Assembly: GCA_951406725.2 (NCBI GenBank)
Contig: OX597826.1
Location: 80,166,001-80,230,000 of the forward strand
From: Octopus vulgaris
Lineage: Eukaryota
Length of the DNA stretch: 64,000 nt
Direction of reading: 5' to 3'
The notes beneath the pieces were generated by a model. That model saw only the letters and a program-made list of their open reading frames with translations. It searched no databases and was not told the DNA's origin. Position numbers and translations under genes: made by a program. Shown here in pieces: positions 37,855 to 53,573 of this stretch. Every line of letters begins with the position of its first letter. Position 1 is the first letter of the stretch.

Positions 37855-40708
37855 AAATCCCTTCATGTCACAAAGAAAACTACTTTCTTTCGCGGTTGCA
37901 CACATTTTCTTTCGTTAAACCTTGCCTTTTAAGTAGTTCTTCTTTCCTTAGGGAGCGTGTTCTCATCTGACGATTAGCGTTACTACCATGCCTGCCCCGA
38001 AAACCATGGCGGGATCGAGTGCCTGCATCGATTCGCACCATAGGTGGCGGTACGTGACCCCTGAAAAATCAATAGTAGCAGAAGTGAGGTAACATTTATC
38101 ACGAGTTTCCATGCTTTCATGTAAGGGGTTAGTGCCAGATGAAAACTATGTTCTTTTCGGTGTTAGTGTTTGGTAATATCAAAAGACAGTCTGATTAACT
38201 ACGTGCTTAAAAGCGATTAAATTGTGCACAGACATGTTATTTCGAATAATAATCACAAGGTGTCGGCTAAAACAGGTTTAGTAGTTGGTTAAAATAGTAA
38301 ATACAACGATTTCTAACATTGGGACACAATAATAAATTTGATTAGTGTTTATTATATAAATCCAGGGTAAAGAAAAACGCCGAGCCGCCTTTTGCTGTCG
38401 TGAGAAATTCTTTGAGGAAAAGTACCCCTTCAACATCATACTTAATGGTATTCATTTCTAACATAAAGACTCGGTAACACATTTTATGGGGATGTAATTT
38501 ACCCAGTATGTATTTTACTGGCCCAGGACATATGATAAGCAACGTCGGAGCAGCCCTGAATTGAAGTGAGACAGACACAGGGCATTGTGTCAAACGCACA
38601 TTTTCTCCATTGAGCGCAAGAAAAGCACCCAAAATCTTTTGGTAATGCCTATATCATTAGTTTGATATTCAACAATATGCTATCCCTTCAATGCCTATTA
38701 AATTCTGGCACAAATTCCCTCTCATCCTCAAAGAGCACATCATCTTCTTTATTTCTCTTCAGTATTCTCACTGTTGATCTCAAGATTACGTTGCTTCTTC
38801 GCAGGATCTTGAAATTTTAGCCCTGCGCAAAAGGTCCACCTCAAGTCCCTTGAACTTTGAAAAATAATCTTTCTTTGGCGAATTGTTTTTCTTTTGATTT
38901 TATTTTCATTTTACAGTACATAATAATTTTCTGTTCCAATCCTGCGGAAGATTTTTCATCTTTTCAACAACCCACCCCCATTATGGGAAGTGCAACCAGG
39001 TGAGAGAGTAGCGCTCCTGGAAGATGGATTCCCGGGTTTTGTGGTTCGAGATGTTTTCATTCGGCTACCTGGTTGTGTGATCTTTGCACCAGTGATAAGG
39101 AGAATCACTCGAGGATCCTCCGAACTGTGGTCGGGGATGTTTTGAAAATTAAACCCTTCAGACCTCCTTGCTGTTGGTGGTGCTGTATCTACTGTTATTC
39201 ACCGATTTTTCTCCTCTCCTGCATTTTCATCTCTTCGTGGTATTAAGTGCACAAATCGCTTTTATTTACACACGTGTAACAGCTGAGAATTCTGGTCATT
39301 TCTTTTCGCCTACGACGGGATATAATTCCAGAACAGTTCTATGGTCAGATTATGCAAACTATGTGGCCAGACTGTGCTTGCTGTATAATGTACATCTCTC
39401 TGTGAACTACACATGACCAGATATCATTTCTGGTCGATCCGACGTTCACAACAATCCCGTAATTTGCTGAATCACATCATAAACGAAGGCTCAACATCCG
39501 ACTCAGTGGTTTTGTATATTACTACTACAGCCTCTAGTTACGTGTGTGATGCACCGATTCGGTTACGGTCTGGATTTCAAAGGCTACGTAATTCCACCAT
39601 TTGCATTTGAAGTCAATAAATTAATTAGATTGGACACTTTTGACAGTCAACGTGATTAATTACAGTATTTAATTAACTAAATTCTCTTCGCCTGCTGAGA
39701 TCAAATCTCATTAGTTGCAAATTTTTCTTTTAATTTCTGAGTTGACAAACCTTGAGATATAAAAACGACGACTTCTACAAATATGGATATTTTAAACTTC
39801 TAATCATGACTCCATAAATTTGTCTTTTGCGTTTTTCAAAGAGAGCCGAGAAAGATTACTTATTTTATGGTTTTTCATATCAACATCAGCTGATCGTCTT
39901 TCATTTTATTACAGATTTTTATCTTCAAATCACGTTTCTTTCCTGAAAATCCACCAGTCTAGAAAAGTTTATTCTCTGTAGATGATTATCATCTTTATTA
40001 CAGGCATATTGTTATCAAAGTCAAAACTTTTGTGTTTGATTTTAAAAGATCTTAAAACGATATTTGAGACGAGATGAGGCTGATACGTTAAGTAGGTCAA
40101 GCATTGCGTAGGTCTGTCTTTCTTCTAACGTACGAACTATGGTATCCAGTAATAACCATCAGTGACCAAACAGTTATGTCCATGGAGAAAAATCGTTACA
40201 TTAATTCATCACTCATAATAAAGGCAGCTGTCAGTATATACAATGCAAGCATTCATAGAAACCTATAGGGACGTTACATTTTCAAGCCATACAGTTTTCA
40301 ATAATTGAGGAAATGAAGGATTTTCTGCGTGGTCGGGGGTCGCTTGTGTTGCTAAAACAACAGTAAAATATTCCACGACCCATACCTTACCACACAAAGA
40401 AATTAAAATGAGGCATGTTCAGTAGGCCAGGAGATATTGTATGGAAATAAGATGAAATGGTCATGGCTGGAAAGGTTAATCACAGACCTACTTGACCTGG
40501 ACTAACCTGGAGCTAAACAATAACAGTAGAATTCTTTCTCCAATCTAATTGTTTTTTTCTTATTTTACTGTTAGCTGAAAGAGTGTAAAAGACAGAAACC
40601 GTTACTAAAATCACCAAATGTGATAAAATTATTTTAGCATTTTCCACCTCGTCTTATTTTCTTTATATATATCAACTCGTGTGTTACTTTTCTACCTTCT
40701 ACAGATTG

Positions 40709-40767
<59 letters not shown>

Positions 40768-40769
40768 AT

Positions 40770-41400
40770 ATACATTGTGGGAGGAGATATATTACTTATG
40801 GATTGTGGAAGTCTGAAGGAAGGAGCAAATGCTGTGACTTTTGCGGTCAGATTAATGGTGGTGAGATTAATGCCCTTAACATTCTGTTTAAACTGTTGTA
40901 AATCGATATTTCCAGTATAAGAGGAAGCAGATTCCAGAGTGACTACGTTATGGAGATGAAGGATTTGTCTTAGAAGTTAGTCCAGCGGAAAGTGGGGTGG
41001 CAAATTGTTAAGGCACAAATGAGTCACCTGAGTTACAGAGGTACAAGCAATCAAGCACTGAGGAGTAGAGGATGAGATGGCATCGTTAGAGAAAACAATT
41101 ACACACAACTTGTGTCTGTGCTGGAATGCATCTGTTAGTTAATGAGTGCTAATAAGCCGAATGGCCTATCTCTGGATAGTTTTAAATGTAGAAGTATTCC
41201 TCTGTTGTGGTTCTCGCTTGTAGAGCGCCAGCAGCTGTTATGGGACTGAAATGTCTTCTGGCTCTAAAGAGAAGGGCTAGCCTCTGGAATACGGCCCTAT
41301 CTATGCTTAGGACATGCCTTCGCTAGGAGAGATCCCTTGTGATAATGAAGTCCGGAATTTGGGTTATAGCTATGTGTCACTAATGGCGAGAGGGAAAGTG
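40770..41400 (-). pseudogene. old CR1/L2/Jockey-group LINE 3' fragment
   Basis: Minus-strand remnants IQR*AIRLI and SFISIT*SLWNLLP...IDLQQFKQNV, typical of the ORF2 C-terminus. Confidence 0.6.
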
Positions 41401-42046
41401 ATGCAGTGGTGTTTACATGGTGCGAGTAGTGCTTGAGGGATTTTGTTTTTCTCTGTTCGCGATGGAGACGTAACTAAACCTTCAGATGCACAAATCTTAC
41501 AATATATTACTATTGCTGTTTATCACTATATCAACCTTGACTGACCAGCCCTATGACAATAATCATCGCTGCTAGAAAAACCATCCACATCTTTCACCAG
41601 GTACATTGGATTATAAGCACATTATCCATAAGAGTCCTCTCTTTCGAAGGCAGATCGAGTAACCATTTAGATGCTCCCTTTCTAGCACATGCGACCACGT
41701 ACAAGTTCACCTTAGAGTACACGACGTTCATACCTCTCAGAAAGACGTTCATAACGCTGATAGTTGGTGAAGCAATCTCATATCAAAGCAGCATTTCAAA
41801 AACCGGTTCGCAGGATCGGTCGATCGACTCGCACAGCTCGTCCCAGTGCTTATCTCCTTTGCAACGATGGTGGCCACCTAAAAACTGATTTAAAGTGATA
41901 AGGATTTACTCTAGTGCCAACAGCTTGCTTGATTCCACGAAGATTTATAAAATCGACATCTATTTCTTTCTGTCTTTCATTGATTGGACTTACAAAACAT
42001 GTTTTACTTCACATTAAATACTTTCAGAATCCATTAGTAAATCGAT

Positions 42047-42422
42047 ATACATACATACATACATACATACATACATACATACATACATACATACATACAT
42101 ACATACATACATACATACATACATACATACATACATACATACATACACACATACATACATACATACATACATACATACATACATACATACATACATACAT
42201 ACATACATACATACATACACGCATACATACATACATACATACATACATACATACATACATACATACATACATACATACATACATACATACATACATACAT
42301 ACATACATACATACATACATACATACATACATACATACGTACATACATACACGCATACATACATACATACATGCATACATACATACATACATACATACTT
42401 ACGTACATACATACATACATAC

Positions 42423-42453
<31 letters not shown>

Positions 42454-42558
42454 CATACATACATACATACATACGTACATACATACACGCATACATACAT
42501 ACATACATACATACGTACATACATACACGCATACATACATACATACATACATACATAC

Positions 42559-42589
<31 letters not shown>

Positions 42590-42718
42590 CATACATACAT
42601 ACATACATACATACATACATACATACATACATACATACATACGTACATACATACACGCATACATACATACATACATACATACATACATACATACATACAT
42701 ACATACATACATACATAC

Positions 42719-42759
<41 letters not shown>

Positions 42760-42790
42760 CACAAATACATACATACATACATATATATAC
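42047..42790. repeat. long (TACA)n microsatellite with recurrent variant units
   Basis: Directly visible; source of the HTYI/MYVC pseudo-ORFs. Confidence 0.97.
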
Positions 42791-43087
42791 ATACCAGTAA
42801 GTACGTATACGTGCATGGATGTGTTTATACACACACGCACATATATATATGCATGTATGTATGTAGATGTGTATGTATGTACTTGTGCATGTATAAATAT
42901 AGATACAGGTGTATGTGTGCGTACGTGTAAGAATGTATGTCTGACAGTAATTTGCAAGCAAGGATGGGACCCGAGTTCGATCTCTAATGAAAAGCCAATA
43001 TTTTTTGTGAAATAAATACGGAAAACCTGTTCTCATTCACTTCATATATCACTATCCTTTACGATATATATATATATATATATATAT

Positions 43088-43142
<55 letters not shown>

Positions 43143-43165
43143 TATAGATAGATAGATAGATAGAC

Positions 43166-43253
<88 letters not shown>

Positions 43254-43353
43254 GAGTGTATTTTTACCTTGTTAATAATTAACACGGAAAAATAAATAAA
43301 TAGTTACCAGGGCAGCAAAAATTTGATTACACCTGCGTTAACTCCATTTTTTA

Positions 43354-43394
<41 letters not shown>

Positions 43395-43629
43395 TATCAA
43401 ATTAAGAACAATACGAGATCGAATTTAATTGGACAGATTTCCTTTTTCTTTTTATTTTTATTGACCATTAAGGTATATGTATATGTGTATATTTAAATTC
43501 AAGGTGTTTACGTCTGTTGAATGCATAGTGATGGCTAAACTTTACACGCTCTTTGTTGTATCGAAAGAAAATGCTCTGCCTTTACTGGTGCGCGACGTAC
43601 CACACGCTGGATATCGAAGTGAACGCCGG

Positions 43630-43746
43630 GGTAACGTGAGATGGATTGTTTTGCTCAAAAACACAACGTACCTCCGTTCCCAGCTATCGAAACCATGATG
43701 TAGCGATCGTTAGTACTACAAACTAATGACCAGGCCACGCTCCCTC
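43630..43746 (-). mobile_element. old SINE head related to family A
   Basis: TTTTGCTCAAAAACACAACG...ATCGAAACC...GGCCACGC resembles 1800-1890. Confidence 0.5.
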
Positions 43747-43773
43747 GTACATACACAGAAAATGAGAACGATA

Positions 43774-43812
<39 letters not shown>

Positions 43813-45289
43813 GGGGAAATTATTTGCTTGTTGAACGAGACCCACGCAACTACTGAGCCATGCCAAATCTCGCACAAAAGAAAGTCCAATACCAAGAAAC
43901 GCAATTTATATGAAACCGTTAATAAGATATTGCACCGCCATCGATTTAGCAAAATTCAATGAGAAAAGAGATTTGGAAGAAGAAATAGCCGCTTCTTATG
44001 GCCAAAACTTCCCCTGAGCAAATATTTGACTTGTTACTTTTTTTTTTCATACGTTTATCTTGTAACGTCGATATCGATGAAGAAGAAACTATATTAATTT
44101 TACTTGTAATAAATTTGAATACCCTGCAGAATGAATAGAGGTCACGAGACTCCCTCTTCTCTCGTACCAAGATTAACAATATTTTGGCAAAGCTCAGTGA
44201 TTTCATATTCAAGGTCTCATCTCGATGCTGAAGATTTTTGCCTTCCGGCCTCTCTACATAAGTAAACTGGCGCGAAGTTCGTAAAGTTATTTATTGTTTC
44301 GGGTCTTATTTATTTAATTATTCATATTATTGTGTATTTCCTTTTTGCTTCTCTCTTTTGTTTTTCCGTATGTTTTTGATTTATTTCTAAGATTCGTTTG
44401 GCATTAAAACTGTCGAAAAGAAAAGAGAGGGGAAGAGGGGAGGGATAGAAACTGATTGAACTATTTATCATCAGCTATTGAGTACAGCTTGATACACAAG
44501 TTAAGCAATATTTATCGATCTTGGACTTCTGAACTAAAAGATGTGATATTTCATAGAAGATTGTGTGGTCACTTCTCTGCTGATCACAAACCTCGGAAAT
44601 AAAACAGTAAGGGCAACACCGAACCAACTAGGAACATTTACGCCGCTCTACTAAACACGTGAAATCATGTAATCCTACCTGTATTATCCTTAAAAAGGTG
44701 AAAGTGGTCACAACTTGACTGATTTTAACCAGAGTTTGATTTCAGCCCGTGCTAACCAACAGCATCACCAAATAAAATAATTTCTGGTACTGCTATTGTT
44801 TAGCCCTAGGTCAAGCTTCTTCCTGAAGATCTATAATAGGTGTTCCATATGGGATCATCTTTTCCTTCTAGGTCTGTATAATGAAGGTCTGTATAATGTA
44901 ATGCGTTCTATCGTTAAAATGGCTGGACGTAATTTTAGATAGAGTTGTCTGCTCCTTCTAGCAAGACTAGTAACTGCCTAAGAGCTCCCTTGTTGGATTT
45001 GTATAAACATGATACATGGGGATAAGAAAAAAACTTTGACCCTGGTCAGATGGAAAATGCGTTCAATAAACTTACAGAGGAGATATGAACAACCAACAAA
45101 GTATATTTTCCCCTTTCTACATCACAGTTTTTAATGCCTAACCGTAGAGTCGTTAGCTTCTTTATCTATTATAAGTACCAGTGACATTTCTTGGAGCTTA
45201 TGGTAAATTAGCAGAAAAGATAGACCACCTGACAAAAGAATCCTTCGTTAATGTAGTTTCATCTCTTGACGTCCTGGGTTACTGCACCG

Positions 45290-45465
45290 GTAACATTCTT
45301 GGCAGGTCTTTCGCCCGTCTTTGTGGTCAGGGTTCAAATTCCGCTGAGGTCGACTTTACCTTACATCCTTTTGGGTTCGATAAAATAAGGATTAGTTGAA
45401 TACTGGGATCAGTTTACCCTTTCCCTGAAATTGATATGCTTGTACCAAAATTTGAAACCAATTAT
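45290..45465 (+). mobile_element. degenerate SINE family B
   Basis: GGTTCAAATTCCGCTGAGGTCGACTTTACCTTACATCC...TGTACCAAAATTTGAAACC. Confidence 0.75.
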
Positions 45466-45883
45466 TCTGGATCGAGTCAAGTTCAGGTGTTGATATATAT
45501 TCCTTTCCCAAATCAGACGCATTTTGCTTCTGTTAAGCAGATATAAATTAAGAGTTGCCTATTTCCAGCTAAAAAATTGCATTAAGGTCTCGAAGAGAAG
45601 ACAAATCAACAATGCTTTTTGACTAAATAACAAGACCATAATTTGAGGGATAATAATTGTTTGGTGATTTCCGAAGTTACAAGCAGAATTCGTAGAAAAT
45701 TGTTACTGGGAAGAATTAAGACCGAGTTGCACTCACGTATCAATTCGGCTTCGAATTTCTTACCTTTATAATAATTTTTTAAAGAGATGGCTGGCACCAT
45801 ATCACTTAAAATGTATTTGCTCAGCAAATAAATCACTTTCAAACTACACACCCACATATATATACACACATACACATATGTGT

Positions 45884-45936
<53 letters not shown>

Positions 45937-46122
45937 TATGTGTTTGTATATGTATATATATATATATGTATATATACATATACATATATATATATATGTA
46001 TATATACACATATATACATATATATATATATGTAAACATATATATATACATATATATATATATGTATATATATATATATGTGTATATATATATATGTATA
46101 TATATATATGTATATATATATG

Positions 46123-46159
<37 letters not shown>

Positions 46160-46600
46160 GTATATATATACATATATATATATGTATGTGTGCGTATATA
46201 TGTGTGCATGTATGTATTATGCATGTGCGTGTGCATGTAGATTTCAGGTGAAATTGCGTCTAATGATGTAATGTAATAGGTACGTCGAATAAGTGTTGAA
46301 GCTAACTTACCACCTAACAACTGGTATCAGTTTAGAACATGGCGTTTATATATTTAAACCTAATTGCTGATGTGTTACAACTGAAGTTCAGAAGAAATAA
46401 GGAAGTTTGAAAATGTGCAGACAGTCGCAAGCGGTTTTATGTAGAGACACGCATATCCTGCATTTGCCTGCGAACGAAGATAAGGTATGCACTTCCTCAT
46501 TTCTTACGATCTGCTCTAAAACCTCAACAACTAGGTTGCAATAAATAAGTGTCGTGACCTAAACCGATACCGGTTGTTTGTCTAGTCATATTTTCATTCT

Positions 46601-46757
46601 ACAGGCGTGGTTGTGTAGTAAGTAGATTGCTTACCAACCACATAGTTCCGGGTTCAGTCCTACTGTGTGGCACCTTGGGCAAGTGTCCTCTACTCTAGCC
46701 TCGGGTCGACCAAAAGCCTTGTAAGTGGATTTGGTAGACGGAAGCTGAAACTCGTTG

Positions 46758-46855
<98 letters not shown>

Positions 46856-47059
46856 TATGTATATGTAAATGTCTGTCCCCCCCACCATCGCTTGACAACC
46901 GATTTTACTGTGTTTATGTTCACTTAATATAGCGGTTCGGCAAAAGAGACCGATAGAATAAGTATTATGCTCACAAAGGATAAATCCTGGTGTCCATTTG
47001 TTCGACAAAAGCCTGTGTTCCAGTATGGCCGCAGTCAAATGACTGAAACAAGTAAAAGA
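46601..47059 (+). mobile_element. tRNA-derived SINE family C, full length
   Basis: AGGCGTGGTTGTGTAGT head, GGGTTCAGTCC B-box-like motif, CACCTTGGGCAAGTGTC, internal (TA)n, 3' end GACTGAAACAAGTAAAAG. Confidence 0.9.
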
Positions 47060-47666
47060 GCAAATGAATATGTAAAGAGATTTCCCCCGGAGTAACAACA
47101 AAAAAGATGAGGACAAATATCCGTCAAATGTAAATAATTTAAATAATGTAAATAATGTACGTATTTCTTCATCTCTTAAATATAGAACAGTTTTTTCACT
47201 TAATTCCAATGACACAAGAATGTCTCACTTTTATTTCATTTTTCAAACTCTAATTTGCATCATATAAGGTCTAATGGCGATGAATGCTTGGCGTGAAAAG
47301 TCACATGCGCGCGCATGTAAGGATGAACGTAAATCCGAATAATCAAGCTGAATGCGAGTCGACTATCGTCTGAGAAGACGAGACGATCATAATGAACGTA
47401 TATTGATCCACTTTTTGTCTTTCTCCTGAACACAGCCATCTTCACTGGGAAGATTTAAGATCAGTGAAATATACTTACTATTATATTTGAAACACTCATA
47501 CGGTATCCTCCATATTTTCCTACAAAATCACTAAATTAGATCATATTGGGGGTAATTCCCCAATCAGTTGGTTTAGCATGAAAACATCTGGAGAGAGATT
47601 TTATTTATTAACTGCATGGATAACCGCAGTTAACAGTGTGTATGTGTGTGTGTTTGTGTGTGTGTA

Positions 47667-47698
<32 letters not shown>

Positions 47699-48635
47699 TG
47701 TATGCATGTGTGTGAGTGTGTATGTGTATGGGTGCGTTTGTGTGTTTGTGGAGGACAGAGAAAGAAAGTAATTATTAAAGATGGAATGAAAACTTGAACT
47801 CATTATTTATCTCCGCAGATCCCCGCACATCCCCGCACATCCCCGCACATCCCCGCAGATCACCACCACCACCACCAGCAGCATATCTGATGAGCTGTTA
47901 TTTTAGTGTTTCGCCCACTGAAGTATTACATTCTTGCGTATAGCTTTTATTTATTCTATTTTCTAGACGTTTCCAAAGGTCGTATAACTTTGCAAGACTC
48001 ACACATGAAGAGATGAGGAATCTCTTGAAAACATAATTATCCATTAGGCGTTGACTTAACTGGATGTTCCTTTTACCTTCCTCCACCATCCTAACGTCCA
48101 AGGTAAATTAAGACAACATTACATCGGAAAGTGCAGCATCTGATGAAGTCTACATTTCAAACAGGTGTGGCTAAAGAAAATTAAATTAAAGGAAACGTAA
48201 AATCAAAATTGTTAGTTACGAAACATTCCAACGAAACAAAAATTGGCTACATTCAGCATTACTGGGTGTCTGCTAGGAAAGAAAGAAAGAAAAACAGAAA
48301 ACAAATCATAGCATGCTAAATAACTGCAGAAGGCGTGGGCCATCGATGGATTCTTGTCTAGGAAAGGTTTTCTTGTGACTTTTGTTAAACGTGTCTTTCT
48401 CTTGTCTTGCTGAAATAATTAAATGGACCCTTTAACTATTTTCATGTTTTGTTTTGTGTGAGGGTTTGGTATAAACGGTAGATTGAGCTTCCTAATATAA
48501 ATTTTGTAATTTAATTGGTCATATGAGTATAAATGGAATCTAAACGATTCTCAGAAATAATTATACAGGAAAATAGTACATTTAGCCCGAAGACATGCTG
48601 GGAAACACAAGGCAATATATACGCATCTGCCTAAT

Positions 48636-48723
<88 letters not shown>

Positions 48724-49546
48724 AATATATGTACATATACATATATGTGTACACAAATATACATACAAACACACCCACACAAATATATAAAATGATATCT
48801 CGCCATTATTTTAATTTCCATAAGCTAGTAAGTTCTTGGTGAACAAAGCATAAGAATATGGTGTAAGACTAGTTTCCAAACAGTCCAGTGTTTCGTATCT
48901 TGTCACTGATGATGCTCTGTCTTGTTGACTGAGACATCTCATTCTCATATAACATATTCCATGTATCTATAAATATTTACCCCCAGAATGAACTGTCTCC
49001 TCACACCGCTACAAGCAGTATTAATTCTATAGAACTGTCCATGGGTTCCTTAGCTTTCTCCACTTAATTCAACATTTCAGTGTATGCTGCTAATGGGCAT
49101 TGCTTAGCGAGACAAAATTATTTTCTCCAGACACACAAAACGAATGCGCTATATTCCAAGATGTAACCCAATATTTCACAATGAATAATGACTTACCTAT
49201 TTATTATACTATTTATTGCATTTTTCCTTTTTTTTTTTTACAAGTCTACACTTGGTATGGTCTAATATTAATGAATTATTGATAATGTTCGACAGAGCGA
49301 TAAATCATAAATAGTGGTTATCGGTCTGTATTGGTGCTCTTGCAGTGTTATATGGGTGTCCGAAGATTTGATGTAACAGCAGCCATATTGTTTCTTCAGA
49401 AATTTTGTCTTCATTTGGTTAGATCCTCTACTTTTAAAAACGTTAAAAAGAAACGTAGAACGTTTCCTGATATCTCATGTTGCTTCGTGTTAGGTTAGGC
49501 CTGATCGAAGAGAGCTGTGATTAAATCGAAAAGGTATCTCCAGCAT

Positions 49547-49623
<77 letters not shown>

Positions 49624-51693
49624 CTTTCGATCGTTAATAATATTAGGTGCCACTGAAGTGAAGTTCGTTTAATCGAAAATCGAAACCAAATCTTACACTT
49701 CAGCCGAGAGCTTCCATATTTCCCCAGAGAAATTGCCACTAGCTACCATGATAGTGCTGACGATTTTAATGCATGTCCTAAGAGCAGCAGAACGGAACCA
49801 GTTGTCAGCTGTCTCCTTTTTTCCTATCACTTGGAATCATTTGACTGTGAAATTGGTAATCAAATCCAGACATTTCATTCTATCGACCTGTGAACCTCTA
49901 TTGGGAGATATGTTAATGCTTTCAGTTAAAAGGCTTCCTTTTGATCTGTAGAACTTACGTACGTTGATTAATATCGATTACAACATAGAACACACCGCAA
50001 AGAAAAAGTTTCGCAACAAACGAGTGGAATCTCCTGCATAGACACGTTTCCCAATTGAAAATCTTTCCATTCTACGCACGACGCTAATCTTCTTTGTAAA
50101 GGTATAATAAGTGCTACACTTTCTAATTCGCCCATTCTTTTGATGAGTAGATTTAACGATTTTTAATTGAAATATTCTGACATGCTCATCTGAAAGACCT
50201 ACATTCCGGCGGCCGCCTAAACTGATTTTGTAACGCATTTTCTAGATCTTTGTTTACAGGATTTCCCATCACTTATACTAGTTACGACATAACTCTTACC
50301 TAATAACCTTATAAAGAATTCGATTGAGGGCGAGCCTTCTCGTTCAATACCGAGATTGTAATCAGTAAAAGAGCAGAAATGTTTATCAGTTTTCAGCTGA
50401 GGAAAGTAAACATCTAACGATTTAGGAATTCCCTTCGTGGCATTAAAGATCAACCGAATACCGAAGTACACGTCTTACATTTCTGACAGTCTGAATTTGT
50501 GCTCCAGATTTTTTACCTCAATTACTGTCACTTTAAGTTATTAATAACATACTCTTCTGAAGGGCATTAAAGCCACAAAAACTCATTTCCATTCAGCACT
50601 AACATCTGACGCGCAAGTTGTGAATTCTTATTGATTATGATTTCCGATTGATGTCAAATCATTGAATTGAAGCCATTTTGGATGAACAATCAAACATATT
50701 TTCTTTTTCCACGCAAATATCTAACCTTGTATCGAAAAAAATCGATATCGATTAAAAAAATGTTTGTGAACACCATGACGGCAAGCACTCGATGACCCAT
50801 GACTATAACATCGTTACCAATACCAGATCGAAGTTAATTCCTTACATTTGTGCCACATTAACACTTCTAAGAGCGACAAACACCCATTGGTGGCGCAAAC
50901 AAGTTCAGATGCATAATTTCTTACCAGGTTTCCACCGTTAAATCAGAAGTTTTGTCTGCTTACGTAAGAAATTATACACAGTGCTAGACAGATATTCTGT
51001 CTGTGATATTCTGATATTCTTGTACTCTACAAAAGTCTGGAATAAGCCTTCAGATTAACGTAAAACTGTTTTTATTACAAGTGAGTATAATAACAAACAT
51101 AATATAAGGTATGTGCGAGCGAGCGTGCTTGCGTACGTGCGTGCGCGCATGAGTGCATGTGTATGTATGTATGTATGTATGTATGTATGTATGTATGTAT
51201 GTATGCATGTATGTATGTATATGTGTGTGTGTACGAAAAAGACGTACACGGCACAAGTTATCCGGATTGTAATTCGATTTCATGATTGCTGTACCACGTA
51301 TCGTTTCTCATTGAACACTTTGCTAGTTTTGTCATCATATCTTTAAGCTTCCGCCATCGCATCCATGTCCATTCCGTAATCAGAGTGGTGACTGGCAGCA
51401 TCATTAAGTCATCTTATGGTCATTATTCCGTCTTTTGATGCTCTATGATCAAATTACACCAAAATCTTAAACTGCTAAGAACCGGGAAATTACAGAACGG
51501 TCCTTGTTTTAAGGCTTTCCCACCGCTGTCATTGGACGGCGACATATTTCACCGACAATAAACGAACGACAATCAACGCTGGACTCGTTAAGATTTCGAT
51601 CGAAGATACCAGAAGACGGAACGAATGACGCAAAACATTTTCTCCTACACAAATTATTCGATCAATTTGCATACATAAGACATATAGACACGT

Positions 51694-51760
<67 letters not shown>

Positions 51761-52048
51761 AATATCTAGATATGATTATATGTATACATGTGTATATACA
51801 TACATACATATATATGTATACATACATATATATACACATATGTTTATATGTGTATATATGCATATATATATGCGCGTGTGTGTGTGTCTGTATTATTGTA
51901 CATGGATATATGAAAGTATATACATATAAGTATACCTGAACATATATGTTTCTATGTAAATGCATATGCATATAAATACATTTAAATGTATATATATGTG
52001 TGTATGTGTGTGTGTATAAATATATAAACATTTAAAAGTATGTGTATA

Positions 52049-52164
<116 letters not shown>

Positions 52165-52673
52165 CAAACACATACATTACATATATTTGCGTGTGAAACA
52201 GTGTGTGTGTGTGTGTGTGAATGTCTATTATTATTATAGTTATATTAAATATTAAAATATTTTCGCAGTTATTTTTTCTTTGATGCATGAATAATTGAAG
52301 AGACAACTTGAATCGACAATTTCAAATATATCAGTTAATAAACTTAAAGCTATGTCCGTGCAGACATTTCATGAAATGATAAAATTTCTTGTAGTTGTTG
52401 CTATGATATGTTTTCCTGCGTCCAACACTAATTATCAAAGTCTCGTTTATGATTAGACATCATACGAGAAATATTAAATATGCTAGATGAACGCTAGAAA
52501 TATTCGGCATGGAAAATTGTCCAATGGATGTTTTTCCGCATGAAGAACATATACTTGTGACAGAGCTAATAAATTAGCATACAATCTAATTCTAAAATGC
52601 TTAATTAATTCAAATATCGCCCGCGATAAAGAACTGAAATTATCAGCGTTGATAATATCCTTTGTGAAAGGCA

Positions 52674-53080
52674 GGCGGCGAGCTGGCAGAACCGTTGGCA
52701 CGCCGGGCGGAATGCGTAGCCGTCACGTTCTGACTGAGTTCAAATTCCGCCGAGGTTGACTTTGCCTTTCATCCTTTCGGCGTCGATAATTTTAACTACC
52801 AGTTACGCATTGGGGTCGATGTAATCGACTTAATCTGTTTGTCTGTCCCTTGTTTATCCCCTCTATGTTTAGCCTCTTGTGGGTAGTAAAGAAATAGGTA
52901 TTTCGTCTGCCGCTACGTTCTGAGGTCAAATTCCGCCGAGGTCGACTTTGCCTTTCATCCCTTCGGGGTCGATTAAATAAGTACCAGTTACGCACTAGGG
53001 TCAATGTAATCGACTCAGTCCCTTTGTCTGTCATTGTTTGTCCCCTCTATGTTTAACCCCTTGTGAGCAATAAAGAATTA
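52674..53080 (+). mobile_element. SINE family B, dimeric
   Basis: Head plus two body/tail units. Perfect 20-bp TSD AATATCCTTTGTGAAAGGCA at 52654-52673 and 53081-53100. Confidence 0.95.
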
Positions 53081-53407
53081 AATATCCTTTGTGAAAGGCA
53101 AGTGAGTCAATTTCAAGTTCAAATTTACTTAGATTTGAAACGGAATATAAAGCGTAACAAGTCTGTTGTTTGGTAAGGAAAGTGATAATTCCGTTAATAT
53201 TTCGGCATTACTAGAAGTTTCCAGATAAACACAAGCTTAGAAAGGTTGAAAGAATCAATGTGTTCTTAATAAAAGATATTCCTATCTAAGCAATTTAAAA
53301 TGTTGACAAAAGTAATTTTAAGAGGGATAGTCTGTGTGTGAAAAGCACAATTACATTGGAGTGAACATTGTGATATGAGCCCAAACCACATTTTTATCAG
53401 GAATATA

Positions 53408-53573
53408 CGACGGGGTGCTGAAAAGTCTCTTGCCCAACATACCGAATTCTTTAACAGGGCTTAAAAAAACTGAAGGATCGCTGCAATAAGTGTGTGACTC
53501 TGGGAGGGGAACACGTTGAATAAAATCATAATTAACTGATCCTCAAAGCCAGGAACTTTTCAGCCACCCCTGG
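53408..53573 (+). mobile_element. mariner-derived MITE
   Basis: TA-flanked TIRs CGACGGGGTGCTGAAAAGT / ACTTTTCAGCCACCCCTGG. Internal LTGLKKLKDRCNKCVTLGGEHVE* resembles the mariner transposase C-terminus. Confidence 0.85.

Noticed and set aside
41914-43036. Long ORFs (up to 338 aa) of HTYI/MYVC repeats, and similar YI, LSIY, poly-I/L/N ORFs across the window
   Set aside because: Translations of stop-free microsatellites; no coding evidence.
47812-47870. 10-bp tandem repeat ATCCCCGCAC after a possible splice acceptor; nearby CTGATGA at about 47887
   Set aside because: Short minisatellite without spacers (not CRISPR-like), no convincing exon, and no downstream GAAA or stems for a hammerhead.
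49978-50471. Two adjacent minus-strand ORFs (84 and 86 aa)
   Set aside because: No recognisable domain or splice signals.
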